From Rhodospirillales bacterium (GTDB taxonomy: Bacteria > Pseudomonadota > Alphaproteobacteria > Bin95), in the NCBI GenBank assembly GCA_008081395.1, contig VMCJ01000071.1, positions 27,420 to 91,419 of the forward strand: DNA of 64,000 nt, in the 5' to 3' direction. A model generated the notes under the pieces. The model did no database searches. It was given only the letters and a program-made list of their open reading frames with translations, and was not told where the DNA came from. Within the stretch, counting starts at the first letter, position 1; each line of letters begins with the position of its first letter. Position numbers and translations under genes: made by a program. Positions 20,851 through 31,108 of this stretch are shown one piece after another.

Positions 20851-22152
20851 TTATTTCCCAATGCAGAACGAAGAAAATATTCGATCTAGCACGTCCTCTA
20901 CATCAACAAGCCCGGCTATGCGCCCCAGAGCACGGCTAGCAAGCCTTAAATCTTCAGCTGCAAGCTCCAATGCGGGGGCTTCCATAGCACGATTAATTGC
21001 AGCAACCACCTCTTCTAACGCGACGCGATGGCGATGCCGCGTTGCGAGGGGCCTCGGCGCCCCTTCAATCGCAGTCTTTGCTGCTGCGGTCAATTCCCTT
21101 TCTAAATCCTTAAGCCCTTCTCCCGTCTTTGCAGACCCACTAATCCCATTTGGTGGTTGTATTGAGGAAAGGTCTTTCTTGTTATGAAAAACCAATCGAT
21201 TTTCCGGAAGTTTGGCGAGTTCTGCGGGTGAAAGAATATCTCTAACTTCAACCACAAGGTCCGCTAAACCTTGTGCGTCGTATGCACGACGGACACCCTC
21301 TCGCTCAATTGGATCCTCAGTTTCTCTAAGGCCCGCTGTATCAACAATGGTTACAGGGTATCCATCCAAGTCCATTCGGACCTCAAGGATATCGCGGGTT
21401 GTTCCAGGTATGTCAGTGACAATTGCTGCATCACGGCGCGCCAAGGCATTTAAAATGCTAGATTTACCTGCATTAGGTGCTCCCACCAATACAACGCGAA
21501 ACCCTTCAGATAGTCGTTCGGTTACAGGACTATTCGATAAATAATGACTTAAGGTTTCTTTTAATTCTAGAATTTCCATCTTCCATCGGCCTTCTAGGTC
21601 CTCTGGAACAGGCTCGTCTGAAAAATCCAATTCAGCTTCTGCCAGAGCAGACGCAGAAATCAGAGTTTCACGCCATGATAAGTGCTGCGCCGTCAGCCCT
21701 CCTTGCATTTGCCATAACGCTTGTCGTCTAGCTGCTGCGGTATCAGCACTTATCAGATCCCCCAGGCCCTCAGCTTCTGCAAGATCCATCTTGCCGTTCC
21801 GATAAGCGCGTCGCGTAAACTCCCCAGCTTCAGCTGGACGAAACCCTTGCAGGTTCGAAAGGGCAGCGAGAACACCATCTATAACTGCTGGGCCGCCGTG
21901 AATATGAAGCTCAACTGACTCCTCGCCAGTAAAACTTCTAGGAGCCGGGAAATACAGGGTTAACGCTTTATCAAGTACCTCTCTATCAGAGTTATACAAT
22001 TTCCTGAGAGATGCCTTGCGTGGCAGCGGAGGACTCATGTGCGTTAAAGCATCAAATACGCAGGCTGCTTCTGGGCCTGAAATCCGTATCACAGCCACCC
22101 CAGACTGGCCCGCACCAGAAGCACAGGCGAAAATCACATCTCCTGCAGTCAT
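20851..22152 (-). CDS. mnmE: tRNA modification GTPase MnmE (TrmE)
   Basis: G-domain motifs GAPNAGKSS and DTAG; C-terminal CIGK tetrapeptide. Confidence 0.9.
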   Translation of the reverse strand: MTAGDVIFACASGAGQSGVAVIRISGPEAACVFDALTHMSPPLPRKASLRKLYNSDREVLDKALTLYFPAPRSFTGEESVELHIHGGPAVIDGVLAALSNLQGFRPAEAGEFTRRAYRNGKMDLAEAEGLGDLISADTAAARRQALWQMQGGLTAQHLSWRETLISASALAEAELDFSDEPVPEDLEGRWKMEILELKETLSHYLSNSPVTERLSEGFRVVLVGAPNAGKSSILNALARRDAAIVTDIPGTTRDILEVRMDLDGYPVTIVDTAGLRETEDPIEREGVRRAYDAQGLADLVVEVRDILSPAELAKLPENRLVFHNKKDLSSIQPPNGISGSAKTGEGLKDLERELTAAAKTAIEGAPRPLATRHRHRVALEEVVAAINRAMEAPALELAAEDLRLASRALGRIAGLVDVEDVLDRIFSSFCIGK

Positions 22153-22166
22153 GATTTATTCCTGGT

Positions 22167-22442
22167 TTAATCCGAACCAGATTGCCGAGATTTAGCGCCC
22201 GAGAAGCTTGTTTGCATCGCTTGTTCCCAAAACTGACGCACCGACTCTATGCCTTGACTTGCACCTGCGGCTCCAGGCATCCATTGGCTCCACAGCGCCT
22301 CAGGTTCCATGTTGGCTAAGCTCGTGCGCATTCTTTCTGTCATCTCTGAAAGCAAGGCGTCTTGCATGGGTCCTACGTCTGGTAACCCAAAAAACCGGCG
22401 GGCCTCTTCCGGCGTGGCGTCAATGTCGATGCTTATTTTCAT
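22167..22442 (-). CDS. Small hypothetical protein (91 aa), first gene of the mnmE-mnmG-rsmG-parAB operon
   Basis: ORF with no motif I recognise; co-oriented 14 bp upstream of mnmE. Confidence 0.4.
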   Translation of the reverse strand: MKISIDIDATPEEARRFFGLPDVGPMQDALLSEMTERMRTSLANMEPEALWSQWMPGAAGASQGIESVRQFWEQAMQTSFSGAKSRQSGSD

Positions 22443-22535
22443 AGAGATAACTCCAATAAGTCTGCCTTACGCTACATAATAGCGTTAAATTAAGTGCTTA
22501 ACACATAAGATATCGAGGAATTACCGTGATAGCCC

Positions 22536-23000
22536 ATGCTGATTGATGAACACATTATTTCTTCACCCCTTGGAAACCTCTGCCTCAAAGCCAACGCGGG
22601 CTCACTCGTCGCGCTCGAATGGACCGAAAGAGATATAACGCCAAAGCCTAAAAACACCTCTTTATCTCAGGCCAGCAACCAATTGCACCAATATTTTCTT
22701 AATAAAATCAATGGCTTCCGTGTTTCTCTCGCTCCCGAAGGGTCTGAATTCGAGTTGTCGGTCTGGCGGGCTATGACGCAAATCCCACATGGAACGACAG
22801 CGACCTATGGTGACATAGCAAAGATGACTGGAAAACCCGCCCAGGCGGTTGGATATGCATGTGGCCGTAATCCAATTCCAATCATTATTCCCTGCCACCG
22901 CGTAGTAGGCAACAATGGCCACATGGTTGGCTACTCGGGACAAGGTGGAGTTGAAACCAAGCGCTGGCTTTTGGCCCACGAAGGCGCTTTGTTGCTTTGA
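22536..23000 (+). CDS. ogt: Methylated-DNA--protein-cysteine methyltransferase
   Basis: Active-site PCHRVV motif (IIIPCHRVVGNNG). Confidence 0.8.
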   Translation: MLIDEHIISSPLGNLCLKANAGSLVALEWTERDITPKPKNTSLSQASNQLHQYFLNKINGFRVSLAPEGSEFELSVWRAMTQIPHGTTATYGDIAKMTGKPAQAVGYACGRNPIPIIIPCHRVVGNNGHMVGYSGQGGVETKRWLLAHEGALLL

Positions 23001-23080
23001 AAATCAGCATTGCGCCGCTAACGACCACACGGTTATCCTATACTTAAAGAATTATACAGCTCTCAGAGGGGGTATGAGTA

Positions 23081-23779
23081 ATGGCTGACTGGATCGAAAT
23101 TAAGGCAAATGATGGCGGAAGCTTTAAAGCGTACGTGGAAAAACCCAAAAGTGGCGCAGGTCCCGTAGTGATCTGCATCCAAGAGATTTTCGGCGTGAAT
23201 CACGCTATGCGGGATATTGCTAAACACTGGGCCGATCAAGGTTATATCGCTGTAGCTCCTGATCTGTTCTGGCGCCAAGAGCCAGGAGTCGACATTACCG
23301 ATCAGTCTGAAGCCGAATGGAAGAAGGCTTTTGAATTGTTTCAGGGATTTGACTTAGACAAAGGCGTTGAAGACCTCTTGGCCACCATTGCTCATTGTCG
23401 GTCAATGAATGGAGCAAGCGGCAAAGTGGGTACTGTTGGGTTTTGTCTTGGGGGCAAGCTTGCTTATCTACTAGCCTGCAGATCAGACGCGGATTGCAAC
23501 GTCAGCTACTACGGTGTGGGGATTGAAGAACTTCTTGGAGAGGCACAAAACATCACCAATCCTCTAATGATGCACATTGCCGAAGAAGATGGGTTTGTAT
23601 CTAAAGATGCACAGGCAAAGATCAATGAGGGGTTAAAAGATCACAACTCTGTGACAATCCACAACTACCCTGGAATGGATCATGCTTTTGCACGCATAGG
23701 AGGGGTACCGTATGACGAAGAGAATGCAAATTTAGCTAACTCTCGCTCGTTGGAAGCTTTTAAACGGGCTTTAGCGTGA
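23081..23779 (+). CDS. Dienelactone hydrolase family protein
   Basis: Alpha/beta-hydrolase nucleophile elbow GFCLGG and DLH-like length (232 aa). Confidence 0.8.
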   Translation: MADWIEIKANDGGSFKAYVEKPKSGAGPVVICIQEIFGVNHAMRDIAKHWADQGYIAVAPDLFWRQEPGVDITDQSEAEWKKAFELFQGFDLDKGVEDLLATIAHCRSMNGASGKVGTVGFCLGGKLAYLLACRSDADCNVSYYGVGIEELLGEAQNITNPLMMHIAEEDGFVSKDAQAKINEGLKDHNSVTIHNYPGMDHAFARIGGVPYDEENANLANSRSLEAFKRALA

Positions 23780-24783
23780 CCAAGCTTGAGCCTGTTGAAA
23801 GCAAAGCCGCATGGAGGGCATGTGATCTAGCGGCTGAGGGGGATTGGCGTTTACGTCTTAGTTCTAAAGAGATCGATGAACTTATTAAAGCAACAGATCT
23901 TGCTCTCAAAAAACAGGTGCCTATTGAGAAATTGACGGCATCTGATTTTGCCCTCCCAACGCTCTCAAAAAAAATTAGTAGCCTCCGAGAAGATCTGGAG
24001 GGCGGGCGAGGCTTCGTAGTAGTACACGGTATGCCTGTTGAGCGCTTCAGCTTAGAAGAAGCACAAGTAATGCACTGGTGCTTTGGCCAACATCTAGGGT
24101 ATCCGGAGCCACAAGATAAAGCAGGAAAACTCTTTCACGTCGTAACTGACACAGGTGCAAATGTTGAAACAACGGATAACATTCGCAGCTTTCAGACTAA
24201 TGATGAACTGACATTTCATACCGACGGAGCAGATGTTTTCGCGCTTTTATGTTTTCGACCGGCAAAATCTGGCGGTGGATCCCGATTAGTATCATCAACC
24301 GCCATTTACAATGAGTTGCTGCAACGAGACCAGAAACTGGCGGCAATCCTCACAGCTCCATTTCACTTTGATGCCAGGGCTCAAAATCCTTGGGAAAAAC
24401 AAACACAGACCGTTCCTATTTTTAACCTACACGATGGAATGGTTTCAGCACTTTACAAACGACGGTACATCGAACTTGCACAACGGTTCGAAGATGTTCC
24501 AAAACTGACAGATAAACAAATCGCGGCAATGGATCTTCTTGATGAAGTAGCCAACGACCCTAACATGCACCTTGCCCTAAACTTAGAGCCGGGAGACCTG
24601 GAAATAGCTAATAATGCTACCTGTTTCCATGCTCGCTTTAATTATTCTGATTATGATGACCCACGTTTGAAGCGCTGCATGCTGCGCCTCTGGTTATCCC
24701 TGCCGAATGGCCGGCCTCTTCCTAAAATATTCGAAACAACAAGAGAATGGGGCCCTACTTATGCTCGCCGTTTAAAAGCATAA
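23776..24783 (+). CDS. TauD/TfdA-family Fe(II)/2-oxoglutarate-dependent dioxygenase
   Basis: HTD facial-triad motif (FHTDGAD); GTGA start overlapping the upstream stop. Confidence 0.75.
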   Translation: MTKLEPVESKAAWRACDLAAEGDWRLRLSSKEIDELIKATDLALKKQVPIEKLTASDFALPTLSKKISSLREDLEGGRGFVVVHGMPVERFSLEEAQVMHWCFGQHLGYPEPQDKAGKLFHVVTDTGANVETTDNIRSFQTNDELTFHTDGADVFALLCFRPAKSGGGSRLVSSTAIYNELLQRDQKLAAILTAPFHFDARAQNPWEKQTQTVPIFNLHDGMVSALYKRRYIELAQRFEDVPKLTDKQIAAMDLLDEVANDPNMHLALNLEPGDLEIANNATCFHARFNYSDYDDPRLKRCMLRLWLSLPNGRPLPKIFETTREWGPTYARRLKA

Positions 24784-24803
24784 AGTATCTAAAACCCTAT
24801 TCG

Positions 24804-26084
24804 TTATTGATTCATTTGTTGGAAGAAATCTCCATTAGTTTTTGTCTCTCGTAACTTTCCTACAAGAAATTCCATCGCGTCCTGGGTACCCATCGGCATC
24901 AAGACCCGACGCAGCATCCACATTTTGTTAAGCTCTTGACGATCAACAAGAAGTTCTTCTTTGCGCGTTCCAGACTTACCTATGTCAATTGCTGGCCAAA
25001 CTCGCTTGTCTGCAAGTTTTCTATCCAGAACAATTTCAGCGTTACCTGTGCCTTTGAACTCTTCAAAAATCACTTCGTCCATCCGGCTCCCGGTATCAAT
25101 CAGAGCTGTTGCTATAATTGATAGGCTTCCGCCCTCTTCAATGTTACGTGCAGCGCCAAAAAACCTCTTTGGCCTCTGAAGAGCGTTAGCGTCCACGCCT
25201 CCAGTAAGTACCTTGCCGGAAGAGGGAACAACTGTGTTGTATGCACGGGCTAATCGAGTAATTGAGTCTAATAGTATGACAACATCGTGTTTGTGCTCAA
25301 CAAGACGCTTCGCCTTTTCGATTACCATATCGGCAACTTGAACATGTCTCTGAGCAGGCTCATCGAAAGTGGAGGAAATTACCTCACCCCGAACTGATCG
25401 TTGCATATCAGTTACTTCTTCAGGTCTTTCATCAATCAGAAGTACTAGCAAATAAACTTCAGGGTTATTAGCAGCAATTGCATGAGCAATTGACTGTAAC
25501 ATCATGGTCTTACCCGTTCTTGGAGGAGCCACTACAAGTGCTCTTTGGCCCTTACCTATTGGTGAAACCAGTTCAACCACTCGCGTAGTAAGGTCCTTAG
25601 ATTCTGTGTTCTGTACCTCTAAAACTAATCGCTCATCCGGGTATAGAGGCGTTAAATTATCAAAATTTATGCGCTGACGAACTTTTTCGGGTGCATCGAA
25701 ATTAACTGTAGAAACCTTGACGAGCGCGAAGTATCTCTCCCCGTTCTTCGGTGCTCGAATTTCACCAGTTACCGTATCGCCGGTACGGAGGCTAAATCGA
25801 CGTATTTGATTTGGAGATACGTAAATATCGTCTGGGCCAGGAAGATAGTTTGCATCTGGTGATCTCAAAAACCCAAAGCCATCTGGCAAGACTTCTACTA
25901 CACCCTCTCCAGTAATAACGACTTCTTGGTCAGCAAGTTCCTTCAAAATTGCAAACATCATATCCTGTTTGCGAAGCGAACTAGCATTTTCAATTTCAAG
26001 CTCTTCAGCTAGCTGCAAAAGTTCTGCCGGGCCTTTTTGTTTTAGCTCAGCTAGATTCATGCTCTGGGGGACATTCTGAAGCAC
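24804..26084 (-). CDS. rho: Transcription termination factor Rho
   Basis: N-terminal RNA-binding domain plus RecA-like ATPase (PPRTGKT Walker A); 426 aa. Confidence 0.95.
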   Translation of the reverse strand: MLQNVPQSMNLAELKQKGPAELLQLAEELEIENASSLRKQDMMFAILKELADQEVVITGEGVVEVLPDGFGFLRSPDANYLPGPDDIYVSPNQIRRFSLRTGDTVTGEIRAPKNGERYFALVKVSTVNFDAPEKVRQRINFDNLTPLYPDERLVLEVQNTESKDLTTRVVELVSPIGKGQRALVVAPPRTGKTMMLQSIAHAIAANNPEVYLLVLLIDERPEEVTDMQRSVRGEVISSTFDEPAQRHVQVADMVIEKAKRLVEHKHDVVILLDSITRLARAYNTVVPSSGKVLTGGVDANALQRPKRFFGAARNIEEGGSLSIIATALIDTGSRMDEVIFEEFKGTGNAEIVLDRKLADKRVWPAIDIGKSGTRKEELLVDRQELNKMWMLRRVLMPMGTQDAMEFLVGKLRETKTNGDFFQQMNQ

Positions 26085-26247
26085 GTCGCCACTCTTCTTT
26101 GATTTAAATTAAGGTTGTTTGCCAGCAAAATGAAACGAAGCGTTTTGATGCCAGCACTTAAGAAAGACCAGTCAACCAATAGAGATTTCTTTACCCGATC
26201 CCATGGTTGCTTCACGCTATTTGCTCAGGAAACGATGACTTGTCAAC

Positions 26248-26697
26248 CTAAAATGGTTTTACAACAACCATTATTACAATAATTATCATCGATATTGTGG
26301 GCACTTCGTTGGCTACTCTGAAGTATCGTTGGCTTTTCCGGTTCGTCCCTTCCGCTAGATCCTTGCGCCATTTGCCCATGGCATGATGGCACCCTGTTAA
26401 AACCAAAATCGCCAGAATTTTCAGCCAAATCCAGCCAGAGCTCCAATCAACAATGCCAGGTGTGAGTATCAACAAAATTCCAAATATGTACGAAACTACC
26501 ATCGCGGGATTCATTATAGCGCGCAGGAGTCGGCGCTCCATAACTTGGAATCTATGATCTTCTATCGAATTTAATTCGACTTCTACGTGATACACAAAGA
26601 GCCGAGGAAGATAGAGAAGTCCAGCCATCCAAGACATCACCGCAATAATATGAATTGCTTTGAACCATGGATAACTTCCTATGAGGAATTCACTCAT
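26248..26697 (-). CDS. hemJ: Protoporphyrinogen IX oxidase, HemJ family
   Basis: HemJ signature N-terminus WFKAIHIIAVMSWMAGLLYLPRLFVYH; 4-bp overlap with hemE. Confidence 0.8.
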   Translation of the reverse strand: MSEFLIGSYPWFKAIHIIAVMSWMAGLLYLPRLFVYHVEVELNSIEDHRFQVMERRLLRAIMNPAMVVSYIFGILLILTPGIVDWSSGWIWLKILAILVLTGCHHAMGKWRKDLAEGTNRKSQRYFRVANEVPTISMIIIVIMVVVKPF

Positions 26698-27731
26698 GCG
26701 CTATCCCTAATTCTTTTAATAAGAGCTTCTACATTAGCTATTGGTGTCTCGGGTGTAATTCCATGACCTAAGTTGAAAATAAACGGTGAGTTTCTGTTGG
26801 AGTTAAGAATGTTATCAATCTCTTTAATAAGGAAATCACCCCCACAAATTAATGTAACTGGATCTAGATTACCTTGTGGTATCGCCCCAGCTTTACGAAC
26901 ATGGTCAAACGCTTCTGTAGGTAAAGATTGACCCAATGACACAGCATCAACTGCTGGCAAAGCCGCAAAATCACTAACAAATGCATCCGCCCCTCGCGGA
27001 AATGCTATCACTTTAGCACCTGGATGAGCTGCTTTGACAATTTGTGCTATTCGACCAATAGGTTCCAAACTCCATGCTTTCACACCATAAGCCGGCAATG
27101 CGCCAGCCCAACTATCAAATATCTGCACAACTTCGGCCCCAGCTTCGATTTGGTTGATCAGATGTTTGGATATTGCTGACTCCAATAAATTTAGGAGTTT
27201 TGACCATGCGCTTGGCTTTTCTAAAGCAAACTTTCTCGCTTTGGCGTAATCGCGACTACCCGCACCCTCAATCATATAAGCTGCAAGCGTCCAAGGAGCT
27301 CCTGCAAATCCAATAAGCGCGGTTTCCTTTGGAAGCTTATTTCTGGTTTGTGTCACAGCGGAATAAACTGGTTTGAGAAATTCTGTTACCTGTCCAAGAT
27401 CCAAATTGTTCACGTCATCCGATGTATTTAAGGCATTTAATTTTGGACCAAAGCCTGGTTCAAACCATACTTTTTGCCCAAGTGCATGAGGTAAAACCAA
27501 AATATCAGAAAAAATTATTGCAGCATCAAATCCAAAACGGCTTATCGGCTGCAAAGTTGCTTCAGTCGCCATATCAGGCGTGTAACAAAATGTTAGAAAA
27601 TCTTTCGCTTGTGTTCGAAGCTTGCGATATTCGGGTAGATAACGACCTGCCTGACGCATTAGCCACACAGGGGGTCTTGGCGCTGCTTTGCCACTAAGAA
27701 CAGAAGATAAGAGATTTTGAGTTTTCATCAT
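26694..27731 (-). CDS. hemE: Uroporphyrinogen decarboxylase
   Basis: URO-D N-terminal motif PVWLMRQAGRYLPEY; 345 aa. Confidence 0.9.
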   Translation of the reverse strand: MMKTQNLLSSVLSGKAAPRPPVWLMRQAGRYLPEYRKLRTQAKDFLTFCYTPDMATEATLQPISRFGFDAAIIFSDILVLPHALGQKVWFEPGFGPKLNALNTSDDVNNLDLGQVTEFLKPVYSAVTQTRNKLPKETALIGFAGAPWTLAAYMIEGAGSRDYAKARKFALEKPSAWSKLLNLLESAISKHLINQIEAGAEVVQIFDSWAGALPAYGVKAWSLEPIGRIAQIVKAAHPGAKVIAFPRGADAFVSDFAALPAVDAVSLGQSLPTEAFDHVRKAGAIPQGNLDPVTLICGGDFLIKEIDNILNSNRNSPFIFNLGHGITPETPIANVEALIKRIRDSA

Positions 27732-27999
27732 GGTGACAAGGAATATCTTCTTATTCTGTTAAATAACACTACTAAACAAAACTTAATTTAATATTGATTG
27801 TTGTAGTTAGAGTGACTGATATCGGGGATAAAAACTCTAAGCAAAAAATTGCTAACAGGATAAAAAAAAACCTCCATTCGTTGATTTACAATAGACAGGG
27901 CAATCGACTCGTTAAATTTATTAAAGACCTGAAGGAAGTATCCTGTGGAAGTATCAGGGATAGGTTTTTTTCCCCTCAATTATCAATTTGGATTTCCAC

Positions 28000-28008
28000 T
28001 GTGGATAT
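28000..28008 (-). promoter_or_regulatory. DnaA-box candidate (revcomp ATATCCACA, 8/9 to TTATCCACA)
   Basis: TGTGGATAT on the plus strand, inside a CCACTGTGG palindrome. Confidence 0.5.
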
Positions 28009-28040
28009 CACGACTGAAGGAAATATCTGTTATGAGGGGA

Positions 28041-28049
28041 GTATCCACA
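28041..28049 (+). promoter_or_regulatory. DnaA-box candidate (GTATCCACA, 8/9)
   Basis: Inverted relative to the box at 28000-28008, 32 bp apart; weaker boxes at 28069-28077 (TCATCCACC) and 28081-28089 (TTATCCTCT). Confidence 0.5.
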
Positions 28050-28194
28050 ATGAGAAAAAAGATACATTTCATCCACCTGTTTATCCTCTACTAGTCCACC
28101 ATTTCTTCCATATATGTGCATCGCTTTGAGGGAGATTTTTTTTACGTTTTAGTCATTAAGATTCGTTTTGACGTTTGTTGTAGGTGGAATATTT

Positions 28195-28317
28195 TCAAGA
28201 TATTTTTTATCTTTTTAACTATTGTTACGATGTATAAAAATGTACTCATAAATAAATGAAGTAAAAATAAATAAAATATAAATAATAAATATATATATAT
28301 GTAGGAAGGTAAATATA
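28195..28317. other. Candidate DNA-unwinding element (almost pure A/T run) abutting the maf start
   Basis: taaaaatgtactcataaataaatgaagtaaaaataaataaaatataaataataaatatatatatat; a near-exclusive A/T stretch. Confidence 0.4.
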
Positions 28318-28923
28318 TTGAAGACACTAAAGCCAATTATATTAGCATCTGCGAGCCAATCACGACGGTCTCTTCTATCTGCATCTGGTGTTGAATTTGA
28401 TGTGGTTGTCTCGAATGTCGACGAAGACGAGATTAAAAACATAGCCAAGCAAGATGGTTGGACTGTTTCAAAAACGGCTTTGGCTTTAGCTGCTGCAAAA
28501 GCTGAAGCTGTTCAAACTATGCATCCCGAGGCAATTATCATTGGTGCTGATCAGATGTTAGAACTTGAAGGTAATTGGTTTGACAAACCTTCTTCTGTGG
28601 AAGTTGCAAAAAAACAGCTTGAAGCTCTTCGTGGTAAGACCCATCGACTTCTTTCAGGCCTAGTTTTGCTTGCACCGGAAAAAGAACGCTGGACCCATAT
28701 TGAGTCAGCAGATCTAACAATGAGAAATTTTTCGGATACTTTTTTAGATAGTTATATCCAAACTCTTGGGGAAGAAGCCTGCAAATCTGTAGGTGGCTAT
28801 TTTCTTGAAGGTCTAGGGGTACAAATGTTTGATCAAGTGAGGGGAGACTATTTCACTATATTAGGTCTCCCTATGGCACCTCTTCTTAATGCACTTCGAT
28901 TAGAGGGGGCATTATTATTATGA
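28318..28923 (+). CDS. maf: Maf-family nucleoside triphosphate pyrophosphatase
   Basis: Maf N-terminus ILASASQSRRSLL; TTG start with AGGAAGG RBS. Confidence 0.85.
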   Translation: MKTLKPIILASASQSRRSLLSASGVEFDVVVSNVDEDEIKNIAKQDGWTVSKTALALAAAKAEAVQTMHPEAIIIGADQMLELEGNWFDKPSSVEVAKKQLEALRGKTHRLLSGLVLLAPEKERWTHIESADLTMRNFSDTFLDSYIQTLGEEACKSVGGYFLEGLGVQMFDQVRGDYFTILGLPMAPLLNALRLEGALLL

Positions 28924-29765
28924 AAATGTCAGGTAACGCTGTCGTTGCTGGGATCATCGGTTGGCCTATTAGTCACTCACGGTCACCCCTGATCCATGGC
29001 CATTGGATTGAAAAGCATAAAATAGACGGGACTTATGTTCCGTTGGCTGTTCATCCAGATGCAGCGGCGGATGCTATTCGATCTCTTCCAAAGCTTGGAA
29101 TAGCAGGGATAAATGTAACCGTTCCTCACAAGCTAACAGCGTTTGACGTTGTTGATGAACGTGATGCCGCGTCTCAAGCAATTGGTGCGATTAATACAAT
29201 TGTAGTTTCACCAGAAGGCTCATTACTTGGTTCGAATACAGATGCTCCAGGGTTTTTTGCGCACCTCCGAGCGACTGTACCCGAGTGGGATCCACAGGCT
29301 GGGCCGGTGGTGGTTTTAGGGGCAGGTGGATCAGCTCGCGCGGCAATTCATTCATTGCTGGAAGCTGGTGTTAAAGAAATAAGATTAGTAAATCGAACTA
29401 AATCCAAGGCGGAGATTATTGCCAGTAATTTTGGAGATAAAATCAAAGTTATAAGTTGGTCAGAACGGGCGTCTTCATTGGCAGAAAGTAATCTACTTGT
29501 GAACACAACAAGCCTTGGAATGAAGGGCGCTCATCCTTTAGAAATTCACCTAGACGATTTGCCAAAAGAAGCAGTTGTTTACGATATCGTTTATGTTCCT
29601 TTAGAGACAAATTTACTTGCAGCAGCGAAACATCGTGGCAACAAAGTCGTAGATGGCCTGGGAATGCTGCTGCATCAAGCTGTTCCCGGATTTCATGCTT
29701 GGTTTGGTACAAAACCTGCTGTTGACTCAGAACTTCGGCAATTGATTTTGGATGATCTTAAATGA
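28920..29765 (+). CDS. aroE: Shikimate dehydrogenase
   Basis: VIGWPISHSRSPLIH motif; 4-bp overlap with maf. Confidence 0.85.
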   Translation: MKMSGNAVVAGIIGWPISHSRSPLIHGHWIEKHKIDGTYVPLAVHPDAAADAIRSLPKLGIAGINVTVPHKLTAFDVVDERDAASQAIGAINTIVVSPEGSLLGSNTDAPGFFAHLRATVPEWDPQAGPVVVLGAGGSARAAIHSLLEAGVKEIRLVNRTKSKAEIIASNFGDKIKVISWSERASSLAESNLLVNTTSLGMKGAHPLEIHLDDLPKEAVVYDIVYVPLETNLLAAAKHRGNKVVDGLGMLLHQAVPGFHAWFGTKPAVDSELRQLILDDLK

Positions 29766-30382
29766 TCCGTGGGCGTTTTGTTATTGGACTTACCGGATCT
29801 ATTGGCATGGGTAAGAGCTTCGCGGCTTCGTGCCTACGCAAAGAAGGCGTTCCTGTGTTTGATGCAGACGCGGAAGTTCATTTGTTGATGGCAAAAGGCG
29901 GCCGTGCTGTCAGAGCTGTTGAAGCAGCATTTCCAGGTGTTGCTGTTAATGGGTCAATTGACAGGACGAAACTGGGACCTTTGGTTTTTGGAAACCAAGA
30001 AGCATTATCAAAGTTAGAAAGAATACTGCATCCGATGGTTGGCGAGGAAGAACGCAGTTTTATAGCTCGTGCCGCTCGCTCCGGCCACAAGGTTGTGGCA
30101 CGTGATGTCCCACTACTTTTTGAAACTGGTGGCGATAAGCGCTGTGACATTACACTTGTGGTATCCGCACCTGCACATATCCAGCGTGCGCGTGTGTTGG
30201 CTCGTCCTGGAATGACAGAAGAAAGGCTCAGTCAGGTCCTTGCTAAGCAATTGCCTGATGCTGAAAAACGCAGGCAAGCAGATATAATTATACCATCAGG
30301 GCTTGGAAAAAGGCTAACTCGAGACAGAATTAGACAAGCGCTGCGTGGTATTCGTCAGAAAGGCAAAGACTATGGGCGGTAA
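29762..30382 (+). CDS. coaE: Dephospho-CoA kinase
   Basis: P-loop GLTGSIGMGKS; 4-bp overlap with aroE. Confidence 0.85.
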   Translation: MIRGRFVIGLTGSIGMGKSFAASCLRKEGVPVFDADAEVHLLMAKGGRAVRAVEAAFPGVAVNGSIDRTKLGPLVFGNQEALSKLERILHPMVGEEERSFIARAARSGHKVVARDVPLLFETGGDKRCDITLVVSAPAHIQRARVLARPGMTEERLSQVLAKQLPDAEKRRQADIIIPSGLGKRLTRDRIRQALRGIRQKGKDYGR

Positions 30383-31108
30383 ATGCGCGAAATAGTACTG
30401 GACACGGAGACAACAGGACTTGATCCCCGTTCAGGTGACAGGGTGGTCGAGATTGGTTGCGTGGAACTTAATTTTCATGTGCCTACAGGTCGTGAACTGC
30501 ACCTTTACATCAATCCAGAGCGGGATATGCCGGAAGAAGCGTTTGCCATTCATGGAATTTCAGAGGATTTCCTGAAGGACAAACCAATCTTTGCTGACAT
30601 AGTGGACGAATTCCTGGAATTCCTCGGAGACGATGCAGCGCTCGTGATACATAATGCGCCCTTTGATGCCAAGTTCCTAAATTGGGAATTGGAGGCTCTT
30701 AAAAAACCTCCAATACCGGCGACAAGACTGATTGATACCCTAGAGATTGCCAGAAAAAAGTATCCTGGTGGCTCAAATAGTTTGGATGCTCTGTGTCGAC
30801 GTTTTGATGTTGATCTTTCAGTGCGAGAAAAGCACGGGGCTGTAATTGACTGCCGGCTTCTAGCAGCAGTTTATTTAGAATTAATAGGTGGAAAGCAACC
30901 GGGATTGCTGTTGTCCGCGGATCAGAAAAATCCGATTAGTGGCACGAATCAAAAAATAGAAACCTCTAGTTCAAATTCCTCTACTAATCGAAAGAAATTG
31001 GCGCCACGTCCCCATAGCCCCTCGCTGGAAGAATTAGAGGCGCACGAGGCCTTTTTGATGAAAATTAAAGACCCACTTTGGCTGAAAGGTATAGCTGGAT
31101 CAGACTAG
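30383..31108 (+). CDS. dnaQ: DNA polymerase III epsilon subunit (3'-5' exonuclease)
   Basis: Exo I motif VLDTETTGL; DEDDh family. Confidence 0.9.
   Translation: MREIVLDTETTGLDPRSGDRVVEIGCVELNFHVPTGRELHLYINPERDMPEEAFAIHGISEDFLKDKPIFADIVDEFLEFLGDDAALVIHNAPFDAKFLNWELEALKKPPIPATRLIDTLEIARKKYPGGSNSLDALCRRFDVDLSVREKHGAVIDCRLLAAVYLELIGGKQPGLLLSADQKNPISGTNQKIETSSSNSSTNRKKLAPRPHSPSLEELEAHEAFLMKIKDPLWLKGIAGSD

Larger units (their letters stand above)
27732..28317. other. Putative chromosomal replication origin (oriC) between hemE and maf
   Basis: 586-bp AT-rich non-coding gap with DnaA-box-like 9-mers and an AT-only stretch; conserved hemE-adjacent position; flanking genes oriented away from it. Confidence 0.65.

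Noticed and set aside
27783-27926. CtrA-binding sites (TTAA-N7-TTAA) in the origin
   Set aside because: Only half-matching sites were seen by eye (TTAA-N7-TTGA at 27783-27797; TTAA-N5-TTAA at 27912-27924). This is insufficient to claim CtrA control.
27788-28448. Small ORFs inside the hemE-maf gap (27794-28129 +, 27788-27979 -, 28142-28336 -, 28215-28448 -)
   Set aside because: They fall in AT-rich, DnaA-box-bearing non-coding DNA and are Ile/Phe/Tyr/Asn-rich as expected from A/T runs. They are better explained as origin sequence.
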